A stretch of 64,000 bases of DNA, taken from contig OX597829.1 in assembly GCA_951406725.2 (NCBI GenBank), forward strand, positions 51,522,001 to 51,586,000, read 5' to 3'. The stretch's first letter is position 1, and each line of letters starts with the position of its first letter. This DNA comes from Octopus vulgaris (lineage: Eukaryota). Below are positions 23,612 through 37,000 of this stretch, piece by piece. A model generated the notes under the pieces. It ran no database searches and was not told where the DNA came from. It saw only the letters and a program-made list of their open reading frames with translations. The position numbers were made by a program, and so were the translations under genes.

Positions 23612-26600
23612 ATGTTATCATGCTGCCATAAATGTTGCTTTCCTCAAAATATGAAAGCTTAAAAGCATGCCAACAATCCAATGGTAATGTAATATTGATA
23701 AAGTTTCTCCTCCAAGATAATGTTTTTAGTAAAAGAAAGTATTCTTATAAAAGCTTAGCTGCATGTTGTGCCTACAGTGAATGTAGAGACAGCATTCAAG
23801 TGTTTGTTGCTGTATTGACCACAGTTAATCATTTCACTCTGGTTCATTTTATCAATCTCTATCTTTCAAACTGCTAAGTTACAGAACATGTACATATACA
23901 ATGGGCTTCTGTAGATTCATACTCAGAGGTACTGGCCAACCAAATGCTATTGTTGAAGGAACTTGTCTAAGTTACCACAGTGGAATTGAGCCCAGAATTC
24001 TGTGGATGTGATGTAGATTTCTTAGATGTATACTAATTGATAAACTTTTTCTTTCTTTTCAATTAACTACAAAAGTTATGAAATTCAAAAAATACTAAAT
24101 AGTAGATTATAATGAAAACGTTAATCTTGAAAGGATTTAAATATGCCTTTGTAAGCAAAAAGGAATCTATCTTTTATAGTGATCATATTGGTAAACATTT
24201 ATCAAAACACTTTAATTTTATCTTGTCTACACCTTTTATTTGTTTGTTTGTTCTGGAGTTTTTGTTTGCTTTTTAAAAAATTCTAAATATAAGATTCTGA
24301 GTTTTTTTTTGAAACTCGATAAATTTTTATCTTTATCAGTTTATAATACACACACACATACATACACACAAAGGAGTCTTATCTGAGTAAACTGTAAGAT
24401 AACATTTCTGTAAAAGCATAAAACAATGTTAAATATCTCTTTCTAAATTTATTTTTCTTAAAAAAAAAATTGGAAAAAGTGAGTATTATAAAGAAAAGTT
24501 GTGAAATCAATTCCTAACAGTCAAAATATATATCAGTTACTTCATAAATATGTAGACATGCATTCTGAAACACCAAGCATACAACAAAGATCTTTCAAAA
24601 GCTATATATTTACATGTACGAAAATGAGAGTATGTATGCATGATTTGATTATTATTACTATTTTTTTTTTATCTAAAAAAAAAAAAAAAACTGATTCCAA
24701 TCTCTATGGTTTACATTTTAAAACATATCTTTTTTATTTTTTTTTGTTGTTCAACAATTTTAAGTTTTCTCATGATACTATTAAATTATTGGCAAAAAAA
24801 TATAGTCACTATTTATAAAAATCTAAAAAATACTAACTCACTGCACACAAATGAGCATCTCAAAAGAAGGAATCACAAAATATATTTACAACCTCATTGT
24901 TTCTTTAAAAAAAAAATCAAGAAAATTTAAGATTATGCTCAGCATAACAGCATGTTAGAAATTAAAATTAAATTTACAAATATACATAAAAAAGATAGTT
25001 TCTTAAAAAAAAATTCCACTGATCAATATTCACTTTTTTTTTTTTACAACTTCATAGCCACATTTAAAATGTGGCATCTGATTCAGCAAAATATCCAATG
25101 AAAAATATGCAACAATTTATAATAATTTTAACAAAGGTAATTTTTAACATTTTAGGAAGGAAAAGAAAACAAATTACAATATGGACATTTTCCTCAAATG
25201 TTAAAAATAAAAAGAATTTTTTTTGTTTTTGCATTTTTTTTCCAGAAATTTAATGTAACAATACTGTATTTGGATGAGAAATCTTTTAAAAACTGGTGCA
25301 AGTTTGTTAATTAATTGAATTAATTTGAAGTAATATGCCCTACCTAGGATCTATGTGAAAGTCTTTCTGGTAGAATATGCTCTCCACAGTTACTGTTTTC
25401 ACCTATTACCACTCAATTTTAATCTGAAGATGTTTGATCACTACAGGTGATCAAAATATACAACTTTCCTATGACAATGCAAGATTTGAGAGATTCAAGA
25501 TTAATAATTATCCATAGCTTTTTAGCCATTTTAGGGTAACCAACATTAACTATATATTTGTGTTTGTGGAATACAATGATGTACGATAATTCAAACGTGG
25601 TTCTGAAAATATTTGATTAAATTAAGGTACATGGAATATGTTTGTTAGCTAAAACTCCCAAAATACCATGAACAGATAGATTGATCTAAGTACTTTCAAA
25701 TCTAATGCAGTCAAACAGAAAACAATCTAAAATTGTTAAAAGAACTTAAAAAAACAAAAACATTTTGGGGGTGGGGTTGGGGGTGTCTATATTTTTAGTT
25801 TCCTAATTTACACAATTTTACAAGAGCCGCAACTTAATTAGCATCTAGAAATGCTTTATGCAGATTTGGATTAAAAAACACCTTTAACCTACAATCAATA
25901 AATTATGGCACACACACACAAAAAAAACAACAAAAAACAAAAAAAAAAAAATCCACAAAGACTGTCAGGATCTGTCACACAAAATAGAATTTTTAAGACT
26001 GATTTAGTTTGTTGTAAGTTGCAAAATATTTTAATGGACACAAAAGAAATGAAATGAAGTTCTTATCTGGAACCGAATCGTCTTTGTCTAGGCATCTAAA
26101 ACCAATGATTAAATTATATGAACCTCAATGAATGAAATAAATAAATGCTGAAGCACCAAATTAAAATCAAACATCAAGACAAACGTTAGCTTGACATTTG
26201 CATTTGTCTTTAAAAAAAATATCAAGCTTTGATCTTTTTCTTTTCGGTTGATCTATCAAATTTGGCAGGATAAAAAAACAACTTTGTACTATAATTTCAA
26301 GAAAAATTGGAAACAGTACTGACAATAACCTTGTTAGGATTATAAGTTCTGGCCTTTGTACATAGTCTTTTTTTTTTTTTTTAGTTTTTAATTAAGACAA
26401 AGAACTGAATTCTTTCAGGAAACAAACAAAAAAATAATAAACTATATTAATGATTAATATGATTTTAAGAAATTTCTTCCAGACATATCTGCTTATTAAA
26501 CCTTTGGATTTTCTTAAGTAGTTTATTTTAAAAGCAGAGAGAAAAATAAAAAGGAGTGGGGCATCAAATAAATTTTAAAATAATTTACCAAAATAAATTT

Positions 26601-29565
26601 AAATTTTTCTCAAGCAGATATAGAACCTTAGGAAATTTCAGCAGTTAATTTTTATTCTTCCTCCCTTATAACACTTGAAGTGAATATTTTAAATGAAAAT
26701 TCACCAGAAAAGTACCAAAACTAAACTAAGAGTCTCACAGCCTGTGTTTATGCAGTCTAACTTGATTATTTATATGGAAATGAGAAGGCAATATGTATCA
26801 GTTCAAAAGGTAACAGACAAAATTTAGTATAACCTTTATAACTCTCAAACATTCTCCATGGAAAGTAAACAGGCATCATTATGTGTAAAGGATGGCTATT
26901 AAAAAATCATTAAATTGCAAGATTCAACAGAAAAATGAAGGGAAGTGGAATGAGTAAATACAAACAAGTATTTTGCTAATATGAATCTAAAATCTTTGAA
27001 TTTAAGAACAGCTGGATATTTTTTTAGATATCAATGTGAACAAGTTTTTTTTTTAAATGTATATTATCATAGAGAAGCAGCAATGTCTAGAAATGGAGAT
27101 ATTTTAGAATTATAAAGAGTTAGATAAAGAAGCTTATAGCAGCAAACACAAAGAAAACTTCACTTGAGGAAGAACCACTGAAGATGACAGCAGATAAAGC
27201 ATTAGAAACTTGTGATTCACCAGTGACTTTAACCCTTTTGATACCAACTCATCTAGACCACCTCTGGTTCTAGAATACAAACCTCCTGTTTTAAAGTAAT
27301 CTAAATTAAAACCTTCTATCAAAATTTCATGTTCCAGAATCCAGCTTGATATAGACAAAGTTATTTTTCAGAATTAACAGAAACAAAGACAATGATCTCA
27401 ACAGAAATATGGAGACAAAAATGGTTAAATTACCCACAGACAAATGGTTTAATAATAATAATTCATCTATAAAATATGTAAATTGTACTGCTGCTATATC
27501 TTTTCGAAGTAGAAATTTTGATTAAATAAGGAATTATGTAAATATAAATTGAAAGCAATGCATTACGCTACTTTTCATATTTTCTTTCTCAGCAATTCAA
27601 ATATACAGATTGGAACATGAATATAATACTGATTAAATAGTTTGAAATAATGAATATGAGAAAAGGAAAACCTGGTGGATAGGGGAAAAAAAAAATTTTT
27701 TAAAGATCTAATCACAGAAGAATTTGAAAAAAGAAGTGTGGCACCTCTGACCAATTTTCTGGCCAAATCCAAGAGTTTGATTTTGTGAAACAAAGTAGTC
27801 GTTATTTCTACTATTCCAGATTTATACTAAATTGGATATTCTAGTTTCAAAAAATTATTAATCAGTGCATCATCAAAAAGAGAAAATAGAACTTGAAGTT
27901 TCAGTAAATTACTTTCAGTGTAATTAGAAAAGCTGTAATTAATTACAGTTCAAGTAATTAAACTGGTCAAAGAATTTGAATCATCAAGTATATTACAAGA
28001 GAACAAAGTAGACAGATTTAAAATAGTAGGCAGTTACATGAGGACATACACATTGCAGATTATTTTGGTTTGTAACTTCATTTCATGTAAGAAATAAAGA
28101 TTTCTTTAAAAAAAGACCTCAAATGCCTTAAGCCTAAATCTGAACTTCTTGTTCACCTAACAAAAATCTACAAAGTCAAGGATAGGGAATACAGGAATTT
28201 GAAACATTTGTTTCATAAATTCCTTTCACAGTAAAATCTTCAACCTCAGATCTCATGGGAAACATCTTCCAATGCAGTATATTTTTTAATGGTTTAAAAT
28301 TAGAATAAGATACTTGTAACTTAGGAAAAGTTATATGTAAGGTGTATATGTGAAGAATTATATCATTATACGATGTATTGAAGTAAAAAATGCACACATA
28401 CGTTACAATGTTTTATGTTGAGATGAATTTAATTTTAGCAAGTTAAAAACAATGTCAAATGCTTGAGTTAGCTAAAAATTCTGTCACCCATTTGGTCAGT
28501 ATTTATAATAAATATAGAAGGTATTAATATGTAAAAGATATAATCTAGTATCAAACATTAAAATTATTAAACTGCCATGTGTATGAAGTGTATCATCAGC
28601 TCAGTGAGAATTTTGTTGTGTTATTCTGCCAATTCAATTTTTCCCATAAATTATTACAGGGAATAATTTTGAAATTTACAAGATATTAAAATGTTACTTA
28701 TTAAGAAAATAAACAAATCTTAACATTCCATTCTTAGTGTTCCTAAGAGAATTGGAATCTGATCTGATTTTCAAATGATTCACTTGCATGAAAGGTGAGG
28801 ATGCTTGCTATAACATCAACATTATACCAGCATTCATATTCACAGGATTTAGCTAACGATGGACAAGTCATTAGTTCAGGCTGCAGTTTGAATAAAAGCT
28901 TAATAAAACAAGACTTTATATTCAATTAGTGTTAAGTATATCCGTCATTAAATATATCCAGTACATATATTTTAATAAAATCTTGGATTCATAGGAAAAT
29001 AGAAAACCTCAAAAGAGAGCACAATGTATATATATATACATACATTAACAAGGGAATTGTTTGAATAACAATATTTTTTAATCTTTTTTTCTTTTCTTTC
29101 CTTTTTTTTTTTTTTACTTTCAATTTATAATAAACATCTTGGGGTAAATAATTTCCCAGATATTAATTTATGGTTTTGGTAAAGTAAATTATGCCACATC
29201 AAAGAGTAAATAAAACAAAAAGAACCTGAGCTGCTGCAAGATTTTCAAATGGTTAGAAAAAAACTATTATTTTATTACAAATTAAATGTTGACTTACAAA
29301 AAAAAAAAAAAAAACCACAAGTGAATCTAAATCTAACCAATCTGTTTTGTAATACTGAACAATTTATAAAAGTGGTTCTTTCTCGTTTAATTTTTTATTA
29401 TTTTTATATAATTTTTAAAAACTCTATAAATGCTAGCTTTATTTTCAAACATGTTAATGCAAAGATAAGGCTTTGCAGCAATCGTTTTAGATTTAGATTA
29501 TTTCGACAACTTCAGTATTAGTCATCTGTTTAACAAAAAACGAGGAGACTGTTTGTTTGCTACTT

Positions 29566-29611
29566 CATATATATATATACACACACATATACATACATAC
29601 ATATTTATACA

Positions 29612-29655
<44 letters not shown>

Positions 29656-29792
29656 TATACACACATATATATATACATACATATATATTATATACATACA
29701 TATACATATATATATACATACGTATATATATATATACATATATATATACACACACACACACATACATATATATACATATACACACACACACA
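29566..29792. repeat. (TA)n/(CA)n/(CATA)n compound microsatellite
   Basis: Direct reading. Confidence 0.95.
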
Positions 29793-30732
29793 TTCTTACA
29801 TGGAAATAGCATATTTAAATTACAGAGAAATATAGCTATTAATTTTCCTAAGTTTTTTTTCCTTTCCTGATTTCTAACTAAAGCAGTCACATTTTAAAAA
29901 ATTTCCTCATTTTAAAAATTCCTTCTTTCTTTTCTTTTCTTTTTTTCCTTTTTTTTTGTCATTTATGGTATAACATGCCTTGAAATGGCTAGTAAAGACA
30001 AAGGTTACAAGAAAAGTTCTTTAAAAAATATACTGTACACATATCAAAAGGAAAAAAAAATTAGCTTTATAAATATTTATCTACAAAATCATGTATTTTC
30101 TTTATAAACACTGTAACAAATACATCTACATAAAATATCTTTGAAATTCTTAAGGAGTGGACCAAAAACTTAGAAGTACTAATTGTAACACATTCTTTGT
30201 AATTGAACGCAAAAAAAAAAAAGGGGGGGGGGCAACAATACTTTTGAATATGTAAACAAGTATTTCATAGCATGACCAAAAAAAAAAAAAAAAAAAAAAT
30301 CCACAGATTGTATAATTACATAGATCATAATCTGTTGTTGTTTCTTGGGTGTGGGGGAGAGGGAATAAGATGAAGATGGTAGTTATCTAGCTTGCTCTTT
30401 GATAAGAGTTTCTAAATTCTCCAAAAAGATATCTGACTTATCAATCACAGCTTGTCAGCATTTAAAGGTGGGATTGAGAACAGAAAGACAGCTAGACAAT
30501 ATAATTTACACAAAAAAGGATTAGAAAGGCCCAAAATTTGCACTGCCTTTTTGTTGCTTAAATTACAATTCATTCATACTGTAATTTGCAACCACCACTT
30601 TGGATAAATTCCACAAGTAAAAACAAGTGAATTTTTTTCTTTCATTTTATAATTTTTTTGTAAAAAAAAAAACTAAAGATAATTAGAGAGTTTTTTGATC
30701 TGAATATTTTAGTAAATTTAATGATGAAGCAA

Positions 30733-30789
<57 letters not shown>

Positions 30790-30952
30790 ATACACATATA
30801 TATATATGTATATGATTATTTCCTGCATTGCAATTGCCTTCTTGAAAGTGGTGGTAGCAGTAATTATGGTGGGTTCATGTTTGTGTATATAAACAGCTTT
30901 TTTGATAAACACTGTCCTTCAGAAACACACAGAGACTTCCTGCAAATATTCT

Positions 30953-31073
30953 TTATACTTCTTCCCCTGTACGGTCATCATTTAGAAATTCTTCAAACCT
31001 TTCATCTGCACTAGTTTCACTTGGAACGACAGGAACTGTAGTGTTATCAATTGTAAAAAACACCATCTTCTCT
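30953..31073 (-). CDS. kibra: Kibra last coding exon: EKMVFFTIDNTTVPVVPSETSADERFEEFLNDDRTGEEV*
   Basis: tttcag|A acceptor, FREKMxFFT motif, TAA at 30953-30955. Confidence 0.92.
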
Positions 31074-34000
31074 CTGAAATATATATGAAAAAAAAAGAAA
31101 AAAAAATTTTTGTTTTTTTAAAAATAGTTTTTAAAAAGAGTGATTCATCAGTTTGAACAATTGTTTTCAAAGCTGAATGTGCTAACTTTACCCATCCAAC
31201 TGTAAAAGAGGAACAGGTTTTGTTTGGTCAGACAAATTGAATCAAAAAGATTTTAAGAAGCCTTGCTCAGAGGTACAACATCATGACAACAGATGGATTA
31301 GAACTTATAGTTCATTAGCTTAGCATCAATCATAAAAAAAAAAAAACCTACAAAAAATATATGCAGCAGCAGTAGTACCAGTGTCACTGCTACTACCACC
31401 ACCACCACCACCACCACCACCACCACAAATATCATCATTGTCATCAACACCCTTTTTAATGACTTTTCCATCCTGCTATGGCTTGGGCAGTTTGACAGAA
31501 TCCTGAATGAGAAAAACTGCACCTGAAAACTGCAGTGTGTTCCTATATCTGCTTTGGTAATGATTCTTTGGCCAGATCCCTTCCTAAGAGCAACCATTTT
31601 GCAGAAGGTACTGAGTTTTCTTTTTTCTTCCTTTTTTTTTGCACCAGTAAGGTTGCCTTGCACCTTTATAGACCCATAAACTGGAAGTCCATTTTTACTC
31701 TTTTCTTACCCTTCCTACCCAATTAGTGACTAAGAAAATTGAAGACGGGTTCTGATAACTTTTAGCAAATGAATACTGTGGACCAAATTAAATCCAGTGT
31801 AGTATAAGTACTTGATTGAACCTAGAAGAATAAAGGACAAAAACCAATACTGTCTTTAGAGAAATCCAAATATTAATCACATTGATGTAGCCATAAGCTT
31901 CAAACAGTAATTCATACCTGACCCTCACCACAATGTGGATAAGGTTGTGTAGTTAATAGAAGTACACTCAAGGCAGTAATACAAACTTTGGGATCAAAGT
32001 TTTGCAGGTATTAATCAATGATATTTCCAAAAGACAACTTGTTCCTCTTCTTTTTTTATTTATGTAAAACTTCCTTCTTTTATAATTAAGCTATTCTTTC
32101 ACCTTATCTACATTATAGTAAGTTAGGCTATGAGGCTGTAAATGTGCTTCAGTAGGAACATCAACTGGTGTCAACTGGTGTACAGCCTATCAGCCAGAGA
32201 CAACTGTGAGTACAACTATAATCATAAGATATTTTGCGAACATAATAGGTAATGTAATTGTTACCTTATCAACACCTGAGTAGCGGTAATAAGGTTCAAT
32301 CTAATCAATAAGAAAATAATAATAGAAGTGGCCGTTGCCAACCTCCCATAGCACATGTGCCGGTGGCACATAAAAAGCACCATCCGTACGTGGTCGATGC
32401 CAGCGCCACCTTGACTGGCTTCAGTGCCGGTGGCATGTAAAAAGCACCAACCGATCGTGGCCGTTGCTAGCCTCCCCTGGCACCTGTGCCAGTAGCACAT
32501 AAAAAGCACCCACTACACTCACGGAGTGGTTGGCGTTAGGAAGGGCATCCAGCTGTAGAAACACTGCCAGGTCAGATTGGAGTCTGGTGCAACCTCCTGG
32601 TTCTCAGACCCCGGTTGAACTGTCCAACCCATGCTAGCATGGAAAACGGACGTTAAACGATGAATGTATGTTACTATTCCTAATGTAAGGATGCTATGTG
32701 GTCAAAGAAAATCATAAACATCAAGGAAGGGTCAACAAGTACTGACCCTTACACTGCATTCTTGATCTCATTATCAATAAACTATCCTATCTTTCACTTA
32801 AAAGTATTGATAGTTTGCAAACTACTGTATATGCAGAAAGATCTAACATGTTCTCCAATATATTTAGACTAACCCGACCAATAAATATGTTCTGATTTCT
32901 ACTTTCTCTACCATTCACTTGGAAGTTGGTAATTTTCTTTGATAAGAAAGGCATGCACTATATTGGACTGGTGTTTATGAGCAAATAATGATAGCTTTCT
33001 CCTACTGATTTGGAAGATATTTGAAATCTTGTCAAATTAAAATTAAAATTACTGGTTTTATTTGTGTACAAATATAGGAAGTAATCAAAAATGGAAGGGG
33101 GTTCTTCATAATTTAATTAATAACGAGATGATAATAACTGATGGAAAAATAGAATTGTTATATATAGAATATATAGAAATTAAAAAGAGATATATGAGAA
33201 TAATTTTATAATGAATATAGCATAGTCCATAAATTCTATCTAAGCAAATTATATAACAAAAAAGGTACAAAAACAATTTGAGACAATAAGAAAAGGGAGG
33301 TTTTCTTCACCTGAAAGCATTCGGGAAATAATTCTTTTGAATCTTTTCAACATCTCTAGTAACTTTTTTCATAATTTGTTCAGCACGTTTATTTTGCTTT
33401 GAGTTGTCGGGATCATTTTCACTTTTGTGAGCCTACAACCAAATTAAAATGGTTATCAGTTTAAGCAAAATAATTTAACAAACTAATAAGCAACTGAAGA
33501 CAAGCAATTTCTAAATATTTTCTATAAAAATGATTATGAAAGATAATTTTTGTATTTAGAACAGTGATTATATAAAAAAAAAAAAAAAGATGGTAATAAA
33601 AAATCAGCATATGGTTCCCCTATTTATTTGATGGCATTTGAATTAAATTTGATTGTTTAATAATATAATATTTTAGACAGGATAATATAAAATTATATTT
33701 TAAAAAATATATACTAAAAGAAAAGTAGGGGTGGAAGTGGCATGTAAAAATGTCTTTTATAAATAAATTCTGGGATAAAAATCCAACTGAATGAGAGACT
33801 AAATTAGTCTACTCATTAACTATTTAATTTTCTACACACAAAGTTACAACTCGATTCTTTTGTCAGTTATTTTAAGGTCTTAAAAGTTTAGGAAGCAACA
33901 TAGCTTACTATTTATAATGTCAGCAACATTTATCTGAAGAACATAACGACTGGAAAATCAAACATGAAAAAAATTAATAACTTCATAGATCTTTGCTTTA

Positions 34001-37000
34001 CATTAGATATTGAGGGATGTTTAGTTTAATTTGAAATGTCTGAAACACGTTCTCAAGCTAAAAACAATGCAACTAAGAGAAACAAAAGAGAGAGATATAA
34101 AAGTTAATAAAAGGTTCTAGTTTAGTAAACTAAACCATGCATCAAAATATTGGAAAAATAGTATGAAAACTTTTTGAAAATTATTTTAAATCTTTCTTTT
34201 TTTGCTCAGGCAATGCAAAATAATGAAGGTCAATTGTAGAAGAGATTTCAAATGAAGCGTGCAAACAACAAGATTTTGTAGAATGTTTGAAAATTAAATG
34301 TTTTTTTTCTTTACTGAAGTATTATTATATTGATAAAAATTCAAAATTATTGACATCTTTGAAAAATTAAAGGGGGTTTCTCAGAAACTATATCCAATAT
34401 ATATAACAGTTTCATTTATTTATCTGTTTTTAAATGAAAAAGAATTATAAATAAATATATGCATTTTAAAACATATATAAATGAACAAATAAAATTTGTA
34501 TCTGGCTAACAATTAAACATGACAATATCCTTAAACAAATACAGCAAACCAGAATAAATCTAAAAGACTCAAACATTTAAAAAAATCTTTTTTTTTTAAA
34601 CAAAACCGTAAACTTAAAACACTAATTCAGAAATCAAATTCAACTTTACAAATCAAAATTCCATGTGAATAAGTCAAGCATGGACCTAATATTATGTCGA
34701 AATATAACATGAATGAGTTTTTAAATCATGCAAAAGAAACTAGCCTTGGAAAATACTATCCATGCAAGGGTATTAAGAAAAACAAACAATTTCTTACAGA
34801 CTTTCCACTCGAAACTATACTCTGAAATGAAAAGGTAAGCTATAAGGCTAACTACTAAAGTTTATGACAAATTATTTAGAAATTATATTAATTGCATCAC
34901 CGTTGCATAATGTAGGTCATTTAAAATACACATACACACTGGTATATTTACTTCTTTTATTATTATTTGGTGGTAGTATAATTATCATTATATATGACAT
35001 ATGTAGATGCAGGTATGGTTATATGGTTTAAGAAGTTCACTCTGGAATCACGTGGCTTTTATGGTTCATTCTCAATTTGCTGTGGCTATCAGTTGATGTC
35101 TTCTAAAGATAGCTGCAGCTTGACCTCTACTAGCAAGTGAAATTTGGTAGACAGAAACTGGAAAAAGCTGGTCATAAATCGACCCCAGTACTTTTGTCTC
35201 AACAAGTTTGATCTGATCCAATCAAGTATGGAAAAGTGAATGTTATGATGATGATGACGTACTATTATACAGTACATAAAACAAAATTAAATATATCATC
35301 ATATGCACCTATCAACATGACTATCATAATGCTTGTTTAATTTCAACATATGGTCTTATAAAAATCCTTTGTCAAATGTAACAAAGAAATATATATATTA
35401 TATATATATTTATATATACACACACACACTAAAGATATACTCACAGAGTGCATGTTTAATGCCATAACCAAAAACACAATTATTAAAACTAAATGAAATA
35501 TTTAGTTTTAGTTAAAAAAATATTAATTTATGGCTTTTAACTAACAGGAAGAACAGGATGAAATACGGAAGTCAGATTTAGTAGTATTTGAATCAGTATT
35601 TGAATTATGTCCCTTTACAAGGCTGAAGTTTAACACTGCCTTTCAAAAGGTCAACATGACAATCATAATGCATCTGTCATTTTAGTTTAATTTTGATGTA
35701 AGGTCCACTAAAATCCTTTGTCAAATGTAACAAAGAAATATATATATATACACACACATATATACACAGACTTCATGTCTAATGCCATAACCAAAACCTC
35801 AAGTATCAAAACAAAATTTGAGGGGGGTAGGTTTATAAAGTAAAGCATCAGTCAAGTATTAGAATTCATTTAAGTAATTATACTCCTCAATGAGGATCTG
35901 TGACCAATGTACCTAAGCTTGGAATTACTATTATTTTTTTGTAATTTAGGGGACAACCAAATTTTGCAGACAGAATATTTACATAGAAACAAAAAGCAAA
36001 TGAATCTAGAAGGTCTATATAAATATAGTTCATACCATCATAGCTACATGTGTCAGAAGGTCTCACAAGCATGCAAGTAGCAAACCTAAAAATAGGCAAA
36101 CTTATTACAAATCTGTGTCTTAACCAGCCATATATCTTACGTCTTTCAAATGTAATGGAATCACTACTCCACAAATACGGATTTACTATAGATTCTGCTA
36201 TTTCCATTCTGTGCCAAACTGAAATCGTGCAAAATCATTCTCTGCAAGACCCTTTTTTTAAAAATATTTTTTATAAAATGTAATCAACAGTTTTTACATT
36301 TTCCAGCAATACTAAAAGCAATTTGATTTTTTCATGTCCTTCATTCCTAATTTTTACATTACAAATGTTCAGAAGTTAGCTCGATATATACATATATGTT
36401 GTCAGTTGCTTCTAAAGTTACTGACATTCATTCAAAATGCAATATAAATGCTGTAGCTTTAAAGAAAACTTTCAAACAGTAAAAAAATAGCATCCGTTAT
36501 ATAGAAGTCATTTATTTATTTAGTTATTATGTTTGATTGTAATGAATCATGTCAACTCCACACTCAGTCTTGGTGGTAGACACCAGAGTAAATTTTTTCC
36601 TCCTTCCATTCAATTTTCCCATTTCAAAAGCTAATGCTTTAACGCTTCTTGATGTTTAATTTCTTTCATCACAGCAAAACAGACACAACTGAGCCAACAA
36701 TTGTTCCTTCGTTCTTGTTGTAAACAGATATCACTGTCAGATTAAAACTGGCAAAAATTTCAACCTCTAAATTTTTTTTCTACTCTAGGCACAAGGCCTG
36801 AAATTTTGGGGGAGGGAGCCAGTCAATTAGACTGACCCCAGTATACAACTGGTACCTAATTTATCGACCCTGAAAGGATGAAAGGCAAAGTCGACCTCAG
36901 AATGTAAAGACATGAAATACCGCTAAGTGTTTTGCCAGCTCACTGCCTTTCACCTTCTAAATTGTTCTTATCTTCACCTTTTAGTCAATGGAAACATGCA

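Larger units (their letters stand above)
20465..30952 (-). other. Candidate very long Kibra 3'UTR (up to about 10.5 kb)
   Basis: Follows the stop codon. U-rich on the minus strand and nearly free of transposons, unlike the flanks. AATAAA on minus at 20484-20489 with U/GU-rich downstream sequence. More proximal AATAAA sites also exist. Confidence 0.45.

Noticed and set aside
30982-31170. ORF ending FQVKLVQMKGLKNF as the Kibra C-terminus
   Set aside because: Wrong frame. The phase-2 acceptor at 31073 gives the conserved REKMxFFT...GEEV*.
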